From assembly GCA_049516875.1 (NCBI GenBank), contig JBEKSS010000005.1, positions 65,983 to 129,982 on the forward strand: 64,000 nucleotides of DNA. Direction: 5' to 3'. Positions 48,611-58,674 of this stretch are shown one piece after another. The number at the start of each line of letters is the position of its first letter. The first letter of the stretch is position 1. The position numbers were made by a program, and so were the translations under genes. This stretch comes from Candidatus Bathyarchaeia archaeon. Its GTDB lineage: Archaea; Thermoproteota; Bathyarchaeia; Bathyarchaeales; Bathycorpusculaceae. The notes below the pieces were generated by a model, which was given only the letters and a program-made list of their open reading frames with translations, had not been told where the DNA came from and ran no database searches.

Positions 48611-49786
48611 TTAAAGTTGCGTAGCGAGACGTTTTCTGTGGCGAGGAAGGAATTGGAGCATAATGAGGCTGAACACCAAGAAAAGCGCGCTGAATGGAAA
48701 AACAAACCACACGCCAGACAACTCTATGGCTCCGGCTGCCAGAGTTGGCGCAATCGCAGTCGTGAGACCATCGGTGAAGAAATAGACGCTGAAGCCCAGT
48801 CCTGCGTCGGTGGAAGGCAACATGTCTGCAACCAGAGCATTCATGGGCGACCACACGCCATTGGTGAAGAATGAGTAAACGATGTAGACCAGAACGATTA
48901 GGGAAAACTGTGGAATAAGGGGCAGAACGAATAGTGCGCCTGCGCAGCCGAGGATCATCCAGCCCAGTGCCTTTATTCCTCCAGTTCTTTCGCTCAGGTA
49001 GCCGCCTCCAAGAGAACCTATTACTCCCACGAAAGGTCCCAACCCGAAGACTAAACTTGCTGTGGATTCGGACATGTATTTGGCATTGACAAAAAACGTG
49101 GTCATGAAAGTCGAGCTTCCAGTTGCTCCCAATTCCCTAACAGCTATGACTATCAGGAAAAGTAGAAAGCCGGACGACAGAACAAAAGGCAACCTCCGCA
49201 GGCTACGTTTTCCATCGACCTCCGTTCTCTTTGGCCGCTCAGCTTGAAGATGTAATGACCTCGATATCAGAAACCCCCAAGCCAAGACTGGGAAGGACCA
49301 GAACAAGTAGGTCCATCTCCAACCCAATGTCGACAAAAAGATGGCAAGGGTAAGGACACCTACGGCCGAGCCTAGATTTCCGAGTGCGTTGTGAAACCCC
49401 ATTGACCTGTTCATCTGATATGGCTTCACGATCTTGCTTATCTGGCTTAACCCCGAAATGTGATATATGGGAGACGAGACTTTCAGCAAGGATATTCCTA
49501 TAACCAATGTCCAAAAGCTGTTTGTTTGACTGACAAGCAAACCGGAAAGCCCCTCTATCAGCATGCTAGCAAATAATAGACGCTTGACACCAAAATGGTC
49601 ATAGAAATAGCCTGAAGGAATATTCATCAAGAGCTGAACGAAGCTTGGAACCGTAGCTATCAGAGAAGCCTCAAGCAGGCTTAACTTGAATTCTTGGGTT
49701 ATCACGGGGATAAGCGCAACTTGTATGAGGAGGTTCACTTCGATGAACATGTGCGTAACACAAATCACCAAGAAAGGCTTTTCCAT
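48611..49786 (-). CDS. MFS transporter (Fsr-like)
   Basis: About 12 TM segments, GYFYDHFG, GYLSERTG. Confidence 0.88.
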   Translation of the reverse strand: MEKPFLVICVTHMFIEVNLLIQVALIPVITQEFKLSLLEASLIATVPSFVQLLMNIPSGYFYDHFGVKRLLFASMLIEGLSGLLVSQTNSFWTLVIGISLLKVSSPIYHISGLSQISKIVKPYQMNRSMGFHNALGNLGSAVGVLTLAIFLSTLGWRWTYLFWSFPVLAWGFLISRSLHLQAERPKRTEVDGKRSLRRLPFVLSSGFLLFLIVIAVRELGATGSSTFMTTFFVNAKYMSESTASLVFGLGPFVGVIGSLGGGYLSERTGGIKALGWMILGCAGALFVLPLIPQFSLIVLVYIVYSFFTNGVWSPMNALVADMLPSTDAGLGFSVYFFTDGLTTAIAPTLAAGAIELSGVWFVFPFSALFLVFSLIMLQFLPRHRKRLATQL

Positions 49787-49980
49787 CTACCTGCTCACCG
49801 AACCGCCCTTTTGCGGTGTTAAGAGAAAAGATGGCAAATAAAAGCTTCATCGCGCGCGCCGTGGGGCTGAACATCTGAATTAGACTGATGGATTATGCCA
49901 ACAACTTACTCGTTTAACGGAGTTAGAAGACCTTCGCGAACTTGCGGTGAAAAGGCTTGACGTATTGAAGTTGGTGTATT

Positions 49981-50772
49981 TCATTTTGTTTTTGGTATGT
50001 AGATTCCGTTGGGGTCTATAGCTCTCAGAAGCGTCAGTTCCTCACAAGTGGGCAGTTCCGTCGTTGGAACATCTGCGGGTAAAATTAAATCGAACTCCGT
50101 GTTTTCCAAAACTTGCTGCACCGAGACGCGGGGATGAACCGTGGCTAGTCTAACGCGTTTTGTTCGGGGTTCAAAGTCCATTTGGCAAAGATTAGTTACG
50201 ACAAGCGAAGGACCTCCGCCGACCAGCCCCGCCTTCTCTCTGGCTCCAGGTCCCTCCAAGAAACCAGGGCTAGTCAAGTAGTCTAGTTTTTTGACCATTT
50301 TCCTTTTCTCATGGGTCATTATGACCACCGTGCGTTTGGCTGAAGACATTATGTCATTTCCTCCTCCGCTTCCAGGCAGTCTCACGGTTGGTTTCTCGAA
50401 GCTTCCAATGTACGTCGTGTTTAGGTTTCCGTACATGTCGATCTGTGCAGCACCCACGAAGCCTACGTCCACATGTCCTCCTTGCAGCATAAGTCCTAAT
50501 GTTTCGATTAGGCCGATGGCTCCAGACGCGCGATAACCCAGCCTGGAGTCAGCTATTGACAGGGCGACGTCTCTGGCGTTTGAATCTATGAAACCGGCTT
50601 CAAAAACGATTTTTGCCCCCGGCGCGTGGGTTCTTTTCGCAAGCAAGGCCGCAATCATCGGCAAGCCCGTGCCGACGAAGACAACTTCACAATTCTTTAT
50701 TGCTCTTGAACCGCATACGGCCATGAGTTCAAGTGTGGAAAATTCGTCGGCGTTTGCGAGTTTTTTAGTCAT
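49981..50772 (-). CDS. Class I CoA-transferase beta subunit (GctB-like)
   Basis: FVGTGLP, FEAG (catalytic Glu), GAAQID.YGNLN, RLPGSGG.ND. Confidence 0.88.
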   Translation of the reverse strand: MTKKLANADEFSTLELMAVCGSRAIKNCEVVFVGTGLPMIAALLAKRTHAPGAKIVFEAGFIDSNARDVALSIADSRLGYRASGAIGLIETLGLMLQGGHVDVGFVGAAQIDMYGNLNTTYIGSFEKPTVRLPGSGGGNDIMSSAKRTVVIMTHEKRKMVKKLDYLTSPGFLEGPGAREKAGLVGGGPSLVVTNLCQMDFEPRTKRVRLATVHPRVSVQQVLENTEFDLILPADVPTTELPTCEELTLLRAIDPNGIYIPKTK

Positions 50773-50786
50773 CTTAATTCTTCCTC

Positions 50787-51713
50787 CTAATAAGCGAACG
50801 GTTTCTTGGCTCTGAACTTCATAAGTCGTTCGATGCCTATTTTAGTAAGGAACTCCGTGTGGTCCTTAGGTCCTGTTATGTATTCGTTGCAGTATTTTTG
50901 CCACCCTTCCTCGGTTTTGCACTGGTCATAGTACATGCGTATGTGTTCCATATCGTAATCGTAATAGTTGTAAACCATCATCGGAAATGAACCCCACGGG
51001 CACTCAACGACATGGCTCACATAGATGTTGGGTATGACCGTTTGATCTGGCTGGCACCGGATGAGTTCAGTGTCGACAATTTCTTCAGTCAGCACTATCA
51101 CCTCCTTGCCGGCCCTGGCGCCTTCTACGTCTTCGCCTTTTATGCCGTCAATCTGAACGTTTCCCTCTTTGTCTACCCGTGAGGCATGCACAATGCTGAA
51201 GTCGGGGCGAACAGAGGGAACAAGTACAACCTTTTCTCCACTGAATGGGCAGTCTATCACTTCCGCCTTCTTAGTTCTGAATCGTTTCTTTGCAAGAATA
51301 TCTGTGCCGAGCATGCTCTTCAACGGCATGAAAGGCACACCAAGCGCGCCTCCTAGGAACCGCAAGGCCATAGCCAGGTTCGAGTAGTCTTCGATCTCTA
51401 TTGCCCCCTCTCGAATTCTGCGTTGAATATTGGGTACCAATCCTATGCCTTCAATTGCAAAAAATGCCAGTTCAAAACGCGACACAACCTTTGCCCCACA
51501 CAGTATGTCAATGTCCATTTCCGAACCGCACGTGTAAATGGTCAAACCACGCTTATTCTGCCTTACAAGCTCATGCGCGAAAGCCATTGGCGGGCGTTGA
51601 AAACCAAAGCCTCCCCAGAAAAGATGTGCACCATCCGGAACAAGCTTCACAGCTTCCCTAAGCGTTATTCTCTTGTCTTCTACAGGCGCCTCCACCAAAC
51701 TCTCCACCAGCAA
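50787..51713 (-). CDS. Class I CoA-transferase alpha subunit (GctA-like)
   Basis: GGFG..RPPMA, GVPFMP..LGTD, CPFSGE, D.EGN. Confidence 0.88.
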   Translation of the reverse strand: MLVESLVEAPVEDKRITLREAVKLVPDGAHLFWGGFGFQRPPMAFAHELVRQNKRGLTIYTCGSEMDIDILCGAKVVSRFELAFFAIEGIGLVPNIQRRIREGAIEIEDYSNLAMALRFLGGALGVPFMPLKSMLGTDILAKKRFRTKKAEVIDCPFSGEKVVLVPSVRPDFSIVHASRVDKEGNVQIDGIKGEDVEGARAGKEVIVLTEEIVDTELIRCQPDQTVIPNIYVSHVVECPWGSFPMMVYNYYDYDMEHIRMYYDQCKTEEGWQKYCNEYITGPKDHTEFLTKIGIERLMKFRAKKPFAY

Positions 51714-51903
51714 CCTAGCAGTGCATAGGCGCGGATCCTACACATAGATTTTTCGACTTACAGGCCGCAAAACTCCTTGCATGTGAAACTCTTTGGAAAA
51801 AGAGTTCCTCATCAAGGTCTTCAGGCTTATTCTAGGATATTTTGCACTATCCTATGCATATCTTTCAGCAATCTCTTTGATTGTTCAACTGCACGCGCTC
51901 TGC

Positions 51904-52920
51904 TCATTCTAGGCCTATTTGCTTCCTCGTTGTCGAAAGTTCTGTAAGGGTCGGTTCTCTCGGGAAGTTGTAAATCGGGCCACTGGGTTTCTCGTTAAAG
52001 AAGGGGCGATTGCAGTTCGGGCATCCCGAAGTGACAAAAGGCTCTCCTGTCCGAATAATCTGTGACATTCTCTCTTTGCTGATTCCGAAATCTGTGATAA
52101 AGCCTTTCTGGTCAAAACCCATGTCCTTGCATTTCGCAATTCTACGCACAATCAAGTGCCTGGCAATTTGAATTCGCCTGTACTGCACAATTGGGGGCTG
52201 TGTCTGATTTCCCAAGGCTGTCCCTGGTATAGGCGTAAAAGCGAACAGCGCTGGGAGAATAGCCATGTTCACGCATTTCTGAATGATGCTAACCATTTCC
52301 TTCTCTGTCTCGCCTAACCCGACTATCAAATGTGTGCTAACTCTGCCTACTCCGAAAACTTCCCTTGCCCGATTCAGAAGTTGCCACTGCTTTTTCCAGC
52401 TGTAAGGACCTCCAGCATTGGCTCCCTTTATCCTGTCGAAAGCCTCTCTTGTGGCAGCATCCAAGGGTATGCCTATCCTTTCGACACCTGCGCTCGCCAG
52501 TCGATATAAATTCTCGCGGTTGAGAGGCTGACATGAGACTGAAATAGGCACGTTGGAAGAATGGCTGATTGCTCGTGCTAGAGCGTGCAAGTCAATGAAG
52601 ACTTGTGGATAGTTTAGAGCTTGGATACAAACACGCTGGACCTTATTCTCTTCAACGGCATCAACTATTCCTTTGAATACTTCTTGGGTCCGATAAGCTG
52701 GCCATGAAACTCTTGAAAGCATGTCTGCTCGGGTACGGCTTGTTCGGGCCTGCGGGCAGAAACCACAGTTTGCAGTACATTTCTCTTGGCGATGCGTCAT
52801 CAAGTAGGCTGTTGTTGGCGCAGCATCGAGCTTTGCCTCTGCCAATCCTAGGACAATGGCAGAACCGAGAGAAACACGAATCTGTTCAGGCAAGTTTGCA
52901 CAATAGTTGATGAGTTCCAT
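51904..52920 (-). CDS. lipS2: Radical SAM lipoyl synthase subunit LipS2
   Basis: CTANCGFC plus the LipS2 motif TSGCPNCNRP. Confidence 0.82.
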   Translation of the reverse strand: MELINYCANLPEQIRVSLGSAIVLGLAEAKLDAAPTTAYLMTHRQEKCTANCGFCPQARTSRTRADMLSRVSWPAYRTQEVFKGIVDAVEENKVQRVCIQALNYPQVFIDLHALARAISHSSNVPISVSCQPLNRENLYRLASAGVERIGIPLDAATREAFDRIKGANAGGPYSWKKQWQLLNRAREVFGVGRVSTHLIVGLGETEKEMVSIIQKCVNMAILPALFAFTPIPGTALGNQTQPPIVQYRRIQIARHLIVRRIAKCKDMGFDQKGFITDFGISKERMSQIIRTGEPFVTSGCPNCNRPFFNEKPSGPIYNFPREPTLTELSTTRKQIGLE

Positions 52921-53090
52921 GGTGTGTCCCCCGTGAAGAAACTGATGCCTGGAGCATCGCTTTCATACGATGCGTGAAGTGTTATACGATATTAAAAAGG
53001 CTTATCACCGGAAACAGAGATTTAAACTACACTTAAATAAACCAAGTGCTCCCAGCTAGGATATAATCGGTCGAAGGAGTCCCGTGCGAA

Positions 53091-53567
53091 ATGTCTGTGA
53101 AAGAGATGACTTGCGAGGAAATTGATCAGTTTCTTACATGCGCAAGGGTAGGCCGACTTGGAATGGTTCTTGGAGACAACCCATATGTGGTTCCAGTGGG
53201 CTTTGCCTACGCTGATGGAAAGATCTTCTTCCACACATGCTGCAAAGGCTTGAAGATGGAAGGCATCAGAAAAAATCCTAGTGTCTGCTTCGAGGTGGAC
53301 GAGGCCTTGTCTGATGCAACGATGTCCAAAAGCGTAATAATTTTCGGCAGGGCAGAAATCATCGAGGACCAAGAGAAAATGATTCCTTATCTGCAGAAGC
53401 TCATAGACAAGTACAGAGTTCCTCTGAGCTTCGATGAGTACATGCGCAAGCCCGGAAGAAACCGAGAAAGCGAGCTCAGGGCAGCCAGGATTTGCCTCAT
53501 TACACCTGCGAAGATCACTGGCAGAAGACTACTTCCTAAAGAAGAGGTTCATTCCAATTCGACGTGA
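53091..53567 (+). CDS. Pyridoxamine 5'-phosphate oxidase-like FMN-binding protein
   Basis: GRLG..PYVVPV..FHT..G.K..NPSVCFEVD..SVIIFG. Confidence 0.85.
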   Translation: MSVKEMTCEEIDQFLTCARVGRLGMVLGDNPYVVPVGFAYADGKIFFHTCCKGLKMEGIRKNPSVCFEVDEALSDATMSKSVIIFGRAEIIEDQEKMIPYLQKLIDKYRVPLSFDEYMRKPGRNRESELRAARICLITPAKITGRRLLPKEEVHSNST

Positions 53568-53737
53568 CCCAAAATTTCGCATCCGTACAGTACTGAACAG
53601 GCCTATTCTTCGACGATTTGTGACAGTCTGAGAACCCTTTGAATCAAAAAAATGTCACACGGATACGTGTTCCAGACTAAAGATTCAGAATTCACAAACA
53701 ATTTATCTGGACCAAGACAAAGCCACATGCAAGGTGC

Positions 53738-54094
53738 ATGTACTTGCGCAGGTCAAAGCTCGAGACATATGAGGCAATACTGGGAGCTCTTGCAAAAAAA
53801 CCTTTGAAAATTGATAGGCTTGCATACAAGGTTAATCTAGACTGCGTTTCTCTCAAGAGACATCTGGATTTCCTAATAGAAAACGGACTGGTTGAAGAAC
53901 GGTTCTTGGCGAAAGGAACATCATACACCGCAACGGAGAGAGGAACATCAGTTTTCAAGACTCTTGACTTCCAAAAGTACTTCAAGAAAATACAAGACAC
54001 TCTCATAGCGATAGATGGGGCGATGAAAGTGATACCGGGAATCTCAAAGCGCGAGGAAAAGTCAGAGAAAGAATTACCCGACGAAAAGTATTAA
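53738..54094 (+). CDS. Archaeal winged-HTH transcription regulator
   Basis: RRSKLE..IL..LAYKVNL..L.FLIENGLV..YTATERG. Confidence 0.8.
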   Translation: MYLRRSKLETYEAILGALAKKPLKIDRLAYKVNLDCVSLKRHLDFLIENGLVEERFLAKGTSYTATERGTSVFKTLDFQKYFKKIQDTLIAIDGAMKVIPGISKREEKSEKELPDEKY

Positions 54095-54125
54095 ACAGTT
54101 GATTGTGCCTTCCTAACAGAGAACG

Positions 54126-55232
54126 ATGAAGCAGATATCCTCTGAAGCCATTTGGCGCACGGATGAGAAGGAACTTTCAGCCATTCTTGAAAACGACCTG
54201 CTGCGTTTCAGACCAAAGAGAATCCGCTTCTATGCCCCAAGTTTCATGTATTACAGGACAAGTTATTACCGTTCTTCACCGAGAGATTTTCCAACAATCT
54301 CAGTAACGGGTAAAGGCTGTGCCCTCAACTGTAAACATTGCGGCGGCCTGGTTCTGGAAACTATGTACCCTGTCACATCTTCTGAAGAATTGTTCGAACT
54401 GTGCGTGCAGTTGAAGAAAAGAGGTGCAGTGGGATGCTTGATAAGCGGCGGGTGCCTGTCCAACGGATCAGTGCCTGTTGGAAAATTCGTTAACGGAATC
54501 AAAAAAGTCAAGCGGGAGTTAGGCTTGACAGTTCTGGTGCACACAGGCATAATCGACAGGTCTACGGCTGAAGCACTGGTAAAGGCAAAGGTGGATTCCG
54601 CCTTGATAGACATTATCGGCTCAGACGAGACCATAAAGGAAATTTACAAACTGAACGTTACGGTCGAAAACTATTCAGATTCCTTAAAAGTGTTGCAAGA
54701 ATCCGGCATCTCATTTGTTCCACATGTCATCGTCGGCCTTCATTACGGAAGACTCAAGGGCGAATTGCACGCTTTGCAGATGATAAGGAGGTACAGGCCT
54801 TCTGCGCTAGTCACGATTGCGTTCATGCCGATACGTGGAACAGAAATGGAAGAAATTGAACCGCCCGAACCCGTTGCGATAGCGAAAGTCATAGCAGTTG
54901 CAAGGCTAATGTTTCCTGAGACTCCACTGGTTCTAGGTTGCATGCGCCCTAAGGGCAAGCATAGGGTCGAAACAGACAGGATGGCCATTAAGGCAGGCGT
55001 TGATGCCATAGCTTTTCCAACAGAGGAGGCAGTGAAGTTTGCCGAAGCGCAAGGAATGGACGTGTCTTTTTCGTCTCTTTGCTGTTCACAAATCTATGTG
55101 GATTCAATAAGACAACCTATTTTTGATGGACAACAACTGCTGTCATCACGGCAAACTCTAAGGAAGCCATTGCAAGGAAGACAGGAAGAGCAAGATTTTC
55201 AGCAAAGAAAAACGTTGCGAATGCAACGGTGA
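54126..55232 (+). CDS. lipS1: Radical SAM lipoyl synthase subunit LipS1
   Basis: CALNCKHC plus the LipS1 motifs LGCMRP and CC (SLCCS). Confidence 0.82.
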   Translation: MKQISSEAIWRTDEKELSAILENDLLRFRPKRIRFYAPSFMYYRTSYYRSSPRDFPTISVTGKGCALNCKHCGGLVLETMYPVTSSEELFELCVQLKKRGAVGCLISGGCLSNGSVPVGKFVNGIKKVKRELGLTVLVHTGIIDRSTAEALVKAKVDSALIDIIGSDETIKEIYKLNVTVENYSDSLKVLQESGISFVPHVIVGLHYGRLKGELHALQMIRRYRPSALVTIAFMPIRGTEMEEIEPPEPVAIAKVIAVARLMFPETPLVLGCMRPKGKHRVETDRMAIKAGVDAIAFPTEEAVKFAEAQGMDVSFSSLCCSQIYVDSIRQPIFDGQQLLSSRQTLRKPLQGRQEEQDFQQRKTLRMQR

Positions 55233-56760
55233 TTGGTAGCAGAACAATCGCGAACCCTGGTATCAGTATCAGGATGTATGTGGTGAGTCTTGAGTAGATG
55301 TTGCCCACCGCGAAGCCTTCTTTCCAGAACTTTCTTGTCAGTAGCGTGAGTTCGAGCATGATACCGGCTGACATTGCAAGCGCATGTATTGCACCGTAGG
55401 TCAGTATGAAAGAGAAGTCTTTGTTCAAGTATATTGCAACGAAGAAGAGGACGATCAGAGAAATCATGTACGTGACGATTGACAGCAGTGCCTTGGCAGA
55501 GATTAATGTTCTTTTTTTCATTGGAAGACTTCTCGTGTACGCAGAGGCTAATCCCTCCATCGACAGCAAGGTCGGTGGAAGCAAAAGCGTGATCATTGAT
55601 ATTCCGGTCAGAGTTGCCAGGGTGACGCTTAGCCCCAGATCACTGAAGGAAGAGAACGATATTGAAAGGATGATTGTCTGCATGGCTGGTAGGAGAAAGA
55701 GGCTCGCAAACGAAGGAGCTCTAGAAGCAATCCTTAGGTCCTTGCGAATTATTCCAAGCCACGGGATTTGAGGCCTAATTTGGGTGTCTTTCACAACACC
55801 TCTCAATCCTGCAACGACTCCGCCTCCACCAATTGTTCTTACCGTTCGCGTGACCCATCTCAAACAGACGGCAGCAATAAACACGTATGCAACTGAAGCT
55901 GCTATAGAAAGACTGAGCACAACATAATCCGTGACTTCAAAGAAAGTTGCGTAGGACACGAGGAAGCCGTAAGAGAATGGGAAAATCAGAACTAGAACGT
56001 GCACAATCGAAGAAAAGGACTGAGTCAGAGACGCGAAGGATTGAACGATGCTCCCAGCGAAGTTTATGACTATGTATGCACCGAAAGTAGGAAGAATCCA
56101 GACGATCATAAAGACCACTCTTACAAGTGTTTGCCATCTCGACCTTCCCCCACCTCCCGCAACTCTCGAATAGAAGAACCTAGCCGAGCCGATTGTAAGA
56201 GCTAGAGCAAAAATCTCACTTATTAAGACGGCTACAAGTGATAATAAGCCGCCCAGAATTGAACCTCCGACAAGAAAATATGCCGAAAGAAACACAACAA
56301 CCCCCGCCGTGAGGGGGATGTCAAACATTCTCAGGAAACATAGGAAGATGATGTTTGAAATCTCTCGTTTTGAAAGTGGAAGAGCGGCCAAGATATCTGC
56401 GATCTTTGACGAAACAAAGGCTGTTGAAACCTGCAGCCCCATGAAGACTATCAGAAAAAGCACGACTGCGAGAAACGCCGAAACACTGCCTATAATCGTC
56501 ACATCTCTTGGAGGTGGAGGCGTGGGTGATGGCATGAAGCCGGTCAACGGAAGGAATACTGTGAACCCGAAAATCGCAATAAAAACCGTTGTGAGAAGTT
56601 TGCTTATCAGCGTGCTCACTCGAGCATTGCCGACGAGTCTTTTGATGTCAGTCCTGCCCCTTTGAGGCAAGGGTGAGCCGACGCGGAGAGAGAAAATCGA
56701 TTGAAAAGATATTTCTTTATGCACAGTGGCTGAAAGCTTCCATATCTCGCGAAGTTTCAA
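55117..56760 (-). CDS. Polytopic ABC exporter permease
   Basis: About 14 TM segments, KDLRIASR; downstream of the ATPase. Confidence 0.75.
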   Translation of the reverse strand: MKLREIWKLSATVHKEISFQSIFSLRVGSPLPQRGRTDIKRLVGNARVSTLISKLLTTVFIAIFGFTVFLPLTGFMPSPTPPPPRDVTIIGSVSAFLAVVLFLIVFMGLQVSTAFVSSKIADILAALPLSKREISNIIFLCFLRMFDIPLTAGVVVFLSAYFLVGGSILGGLLSLVAVLISEIFALALTIGSARFFYSRVAGGGGRSRWQTLVRVVFMIVWILPTFGAYIVINFAGSIVQSFASLTQSFSSIVHVLVLIFPFSYGFLVSYATFFEVTDYVVLSLSIAASVAYVFIAAVCLRWVTRTVRTIGGGGVVAGLRGVVKDTQIRPQIPWLGIIRKDLRIASRAPSFASLFLLPAMQTIILSISFSSFSDLGLSVTLATLTGISMITLLLPPTLLSMEGLASAYTRSLPMKKRTLISAKALLSIVTYMISLIVLFFVAIYLNKDFSFILTYGAIHALAMSAGIMLELTLLTRKFWKEGFAVGNIYSRLTTYILILIPGFAIVLLPITVAFATFFFAENLALPVFLAMASLEFAVMTAVVVHQK

Positions 56761-56767
56761 GCTTTTC

Positions 56768-57541
56768 TTACTCCTCTTCCAGAGCCTTGATTATGTCCTG
56801 CATTCCTGCTTCCTGCTCAGTCACCTTCAGGAAAATGTCTTCTAACGAGCCTTCAGCATCTTTCACAAGCTTGCGAAGGTCGTCAACTGTCCCTTCTCCC
56901 ACCATTATTCCTTTGTTTATTATCCCCACTTTTGTGCAGAGTTTTTCAGCCACTTCCATGATGTGCGTTGAGAATATTACAGCCCCGCCCTTCTTCGCGT
57001 GGAAAGTTATCAGTTCTTTGAGGATTTTTGAGGAGCGTGCGTCCAAGCCTACCAAAGGCTCGTCCAGGATCAGCAGTTTAGGGTCATGCAGCAAGGCTGC
57101 GACAATAGCCACCTTCTGCTTGTTTCCCATGGACAAAGCTGCGATCGGAGTATCGAAGTACTGTTTGAGTTCCAAGGCCGATACGAATCTTTCAAGCCTT
57201 GAATTCGCCACATTTGTTTCTAATCGTCTTATTGAGGATATGAACTCGAAAAACTCCCGTGGAGTGAGTGAATCTAACAGGACAACCTCTTCTGGAACGT
57301 AGCCAACTTGACTCTTTGCAGCTACTTCATTTGAGATGGGTGTGCCATAGATTTCAACGCTGCCTGCGTGGGGGTCCAGAACGCCCACCAAAACCTTGAT
57401 TGTGCTTGTCTTGCCCGCACCGTTAGGGCCAAGCAAGCCATAGATTTCTCCGTTCCTAACCGTGAACGACAGGTTTTCAACAGCCACAAACGAGCCGTAA
57501 CTAATAGCGAGCCCTTGAACTTTCACAGCCACCTGTTCCAT
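56768..57541 (-). CDS. ABC transporter ATP-binding protein
   Basis: GPNGAGKT, LSMGN, LILDEP..GLD, STH. Confidence 0.92.
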   Translation of the reverse strand: MEQVAVKVQGLAISYGSFVAVENLSFTVRNGEIYGLLGPNGAGKTSTIKVLVGVLDPHAGSVEIYGTPISNEVAAKSQVGYVPEEVVLLDSLTPREFFEFISSIRRLETNVANSRLERFVSALELKQYFDTPIAALSMGNKQKVAIVAALLHDPKLLILDEPLVGLDARSSKILKELITFHAKKGGAVIFSTHIMEVAEKLCTKVGIINKGIMVGEGTVDDLRKLVKDAEGSLEDIFLKVTEQEAGMQDIIKALEEE

Positions 57542-57692
57542 AGCCAGTCTTCCCTACGTGAACCATAGGTTCGTTGCCGGTTGCCTTAATATGTTTCTCT
57601 CAACATGGTTCAACAACATGGAGCGTTTCAATTTTTGAACTGTTTCGAAGCAACTTAGGACGAGTCTTGTACGACGTGCACGAACTCGCTGC

Positions 57693-58547
57693 CTACTTGT
57701 TGGGGAGCGAAGTCTCTCCGTACATTTTGAAGCCCAACACTACTATCCACGCTGAGACTGCGAGTGCAGAGAGCGTCTCGGCAATAGCATCGCCTGCAAC
57801 AGGTCTCACCGTAAATTGTACGAGCCAGACGATTCCTGCACATGCAGCTGCAATGAATGCAAACAAGCCCATTTTCACTCTTGATGACAGCAGGAATTTC
57901 GCGCTAATTACAAACATCGATACTGGAATGAGCACAAAGAAAGCTACAGACGAGTAGTAGTGCATGGGCTTTGCACTTTCAGGGTATATTCCTGTCAAAG
58001 TTAGGGCCAAGGCGCCGGCAACGAAGATGAGAGCACCCACAATGCCTAGAACTTTTGTTACAGCCCTTTTAGCGCGCGTGCGACTTTGTATAGCAGCTTT
58101 CGAAGTAACGGTATTCGTCTCCACGACTGTCTTGCGAGGGAAAGCAAACAACCCTAGGCCGAGAATCAAAGCAAGAACCCCGCTGATTATCAGCCCGTAA
58201 TTGAACAAAGACGCTGTCAAGCCTTCTACAACGCCCAGATCGCTCAAGGCATTGTCAAACCAGCTGAAATCTGAATACAATTGGGTTGCGAACAGCATGC
58301 CCACAAATCCAATTATAGGGGCTAGTACACCGCAGATGCCAGGTACTCTCATTGGGTGTTCGCGAATGTGGGATAAGACATTTGAGAATAATCCTACGCC
58401 GACTACTAGCGCTATACAGCCCGTTATGAGTGTGACCAAATAAAAAACGCTATAAGTAGCAGAATAGGTACTGCCTCCCCAAAAGGCTAGTAAACCACCT
58501 AATACAAAAACTATAACGCCTATAGACACTCGCCAACCTTCATCCAT
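57693..58547 (-). CDS. DUF998 membrane protein
   Basis: FSWFDNALSDLG, FNYGL, GIYPE..MH. Confidence 0.75.
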   Translation of the reverse strand: MDEGWRVSIGVIVFVLGGLLAFWGGSTYSATYSVFYLVTLITGCIALVVGVGLFSNVLSHIREHPMRVPGICGVLAPIIGFVGMLFATQLYSDFSWFDNALSDLGVVEGLTASLFNYGLIISGVLALILGLGLFAFPRKTVVETNTVTSKAAIQSRTRAKRAVTKVLGIVGALIFVAGALALTLTGIYPESAKPMHYYSSVAFFVLIPVSMFVISAKFLLSSRVKMGLFAFIAAACAGIVWLVQFTVRPVAGDAIAETLSALAVSAWIVVLGFKMYGETSLPNK

Positions 58548-58674
58548 ACCATTTGTCCCCTTTCTTCATTATTGTGCTGTGTAATCCTCAGAACTCCCTT
58601 ATAAAGAATTCACAGCAGAAAGCGCGGCACTGCCCTTGCCAGAACCTTCTGTCACAGTCACACTGCCCCAAGAA

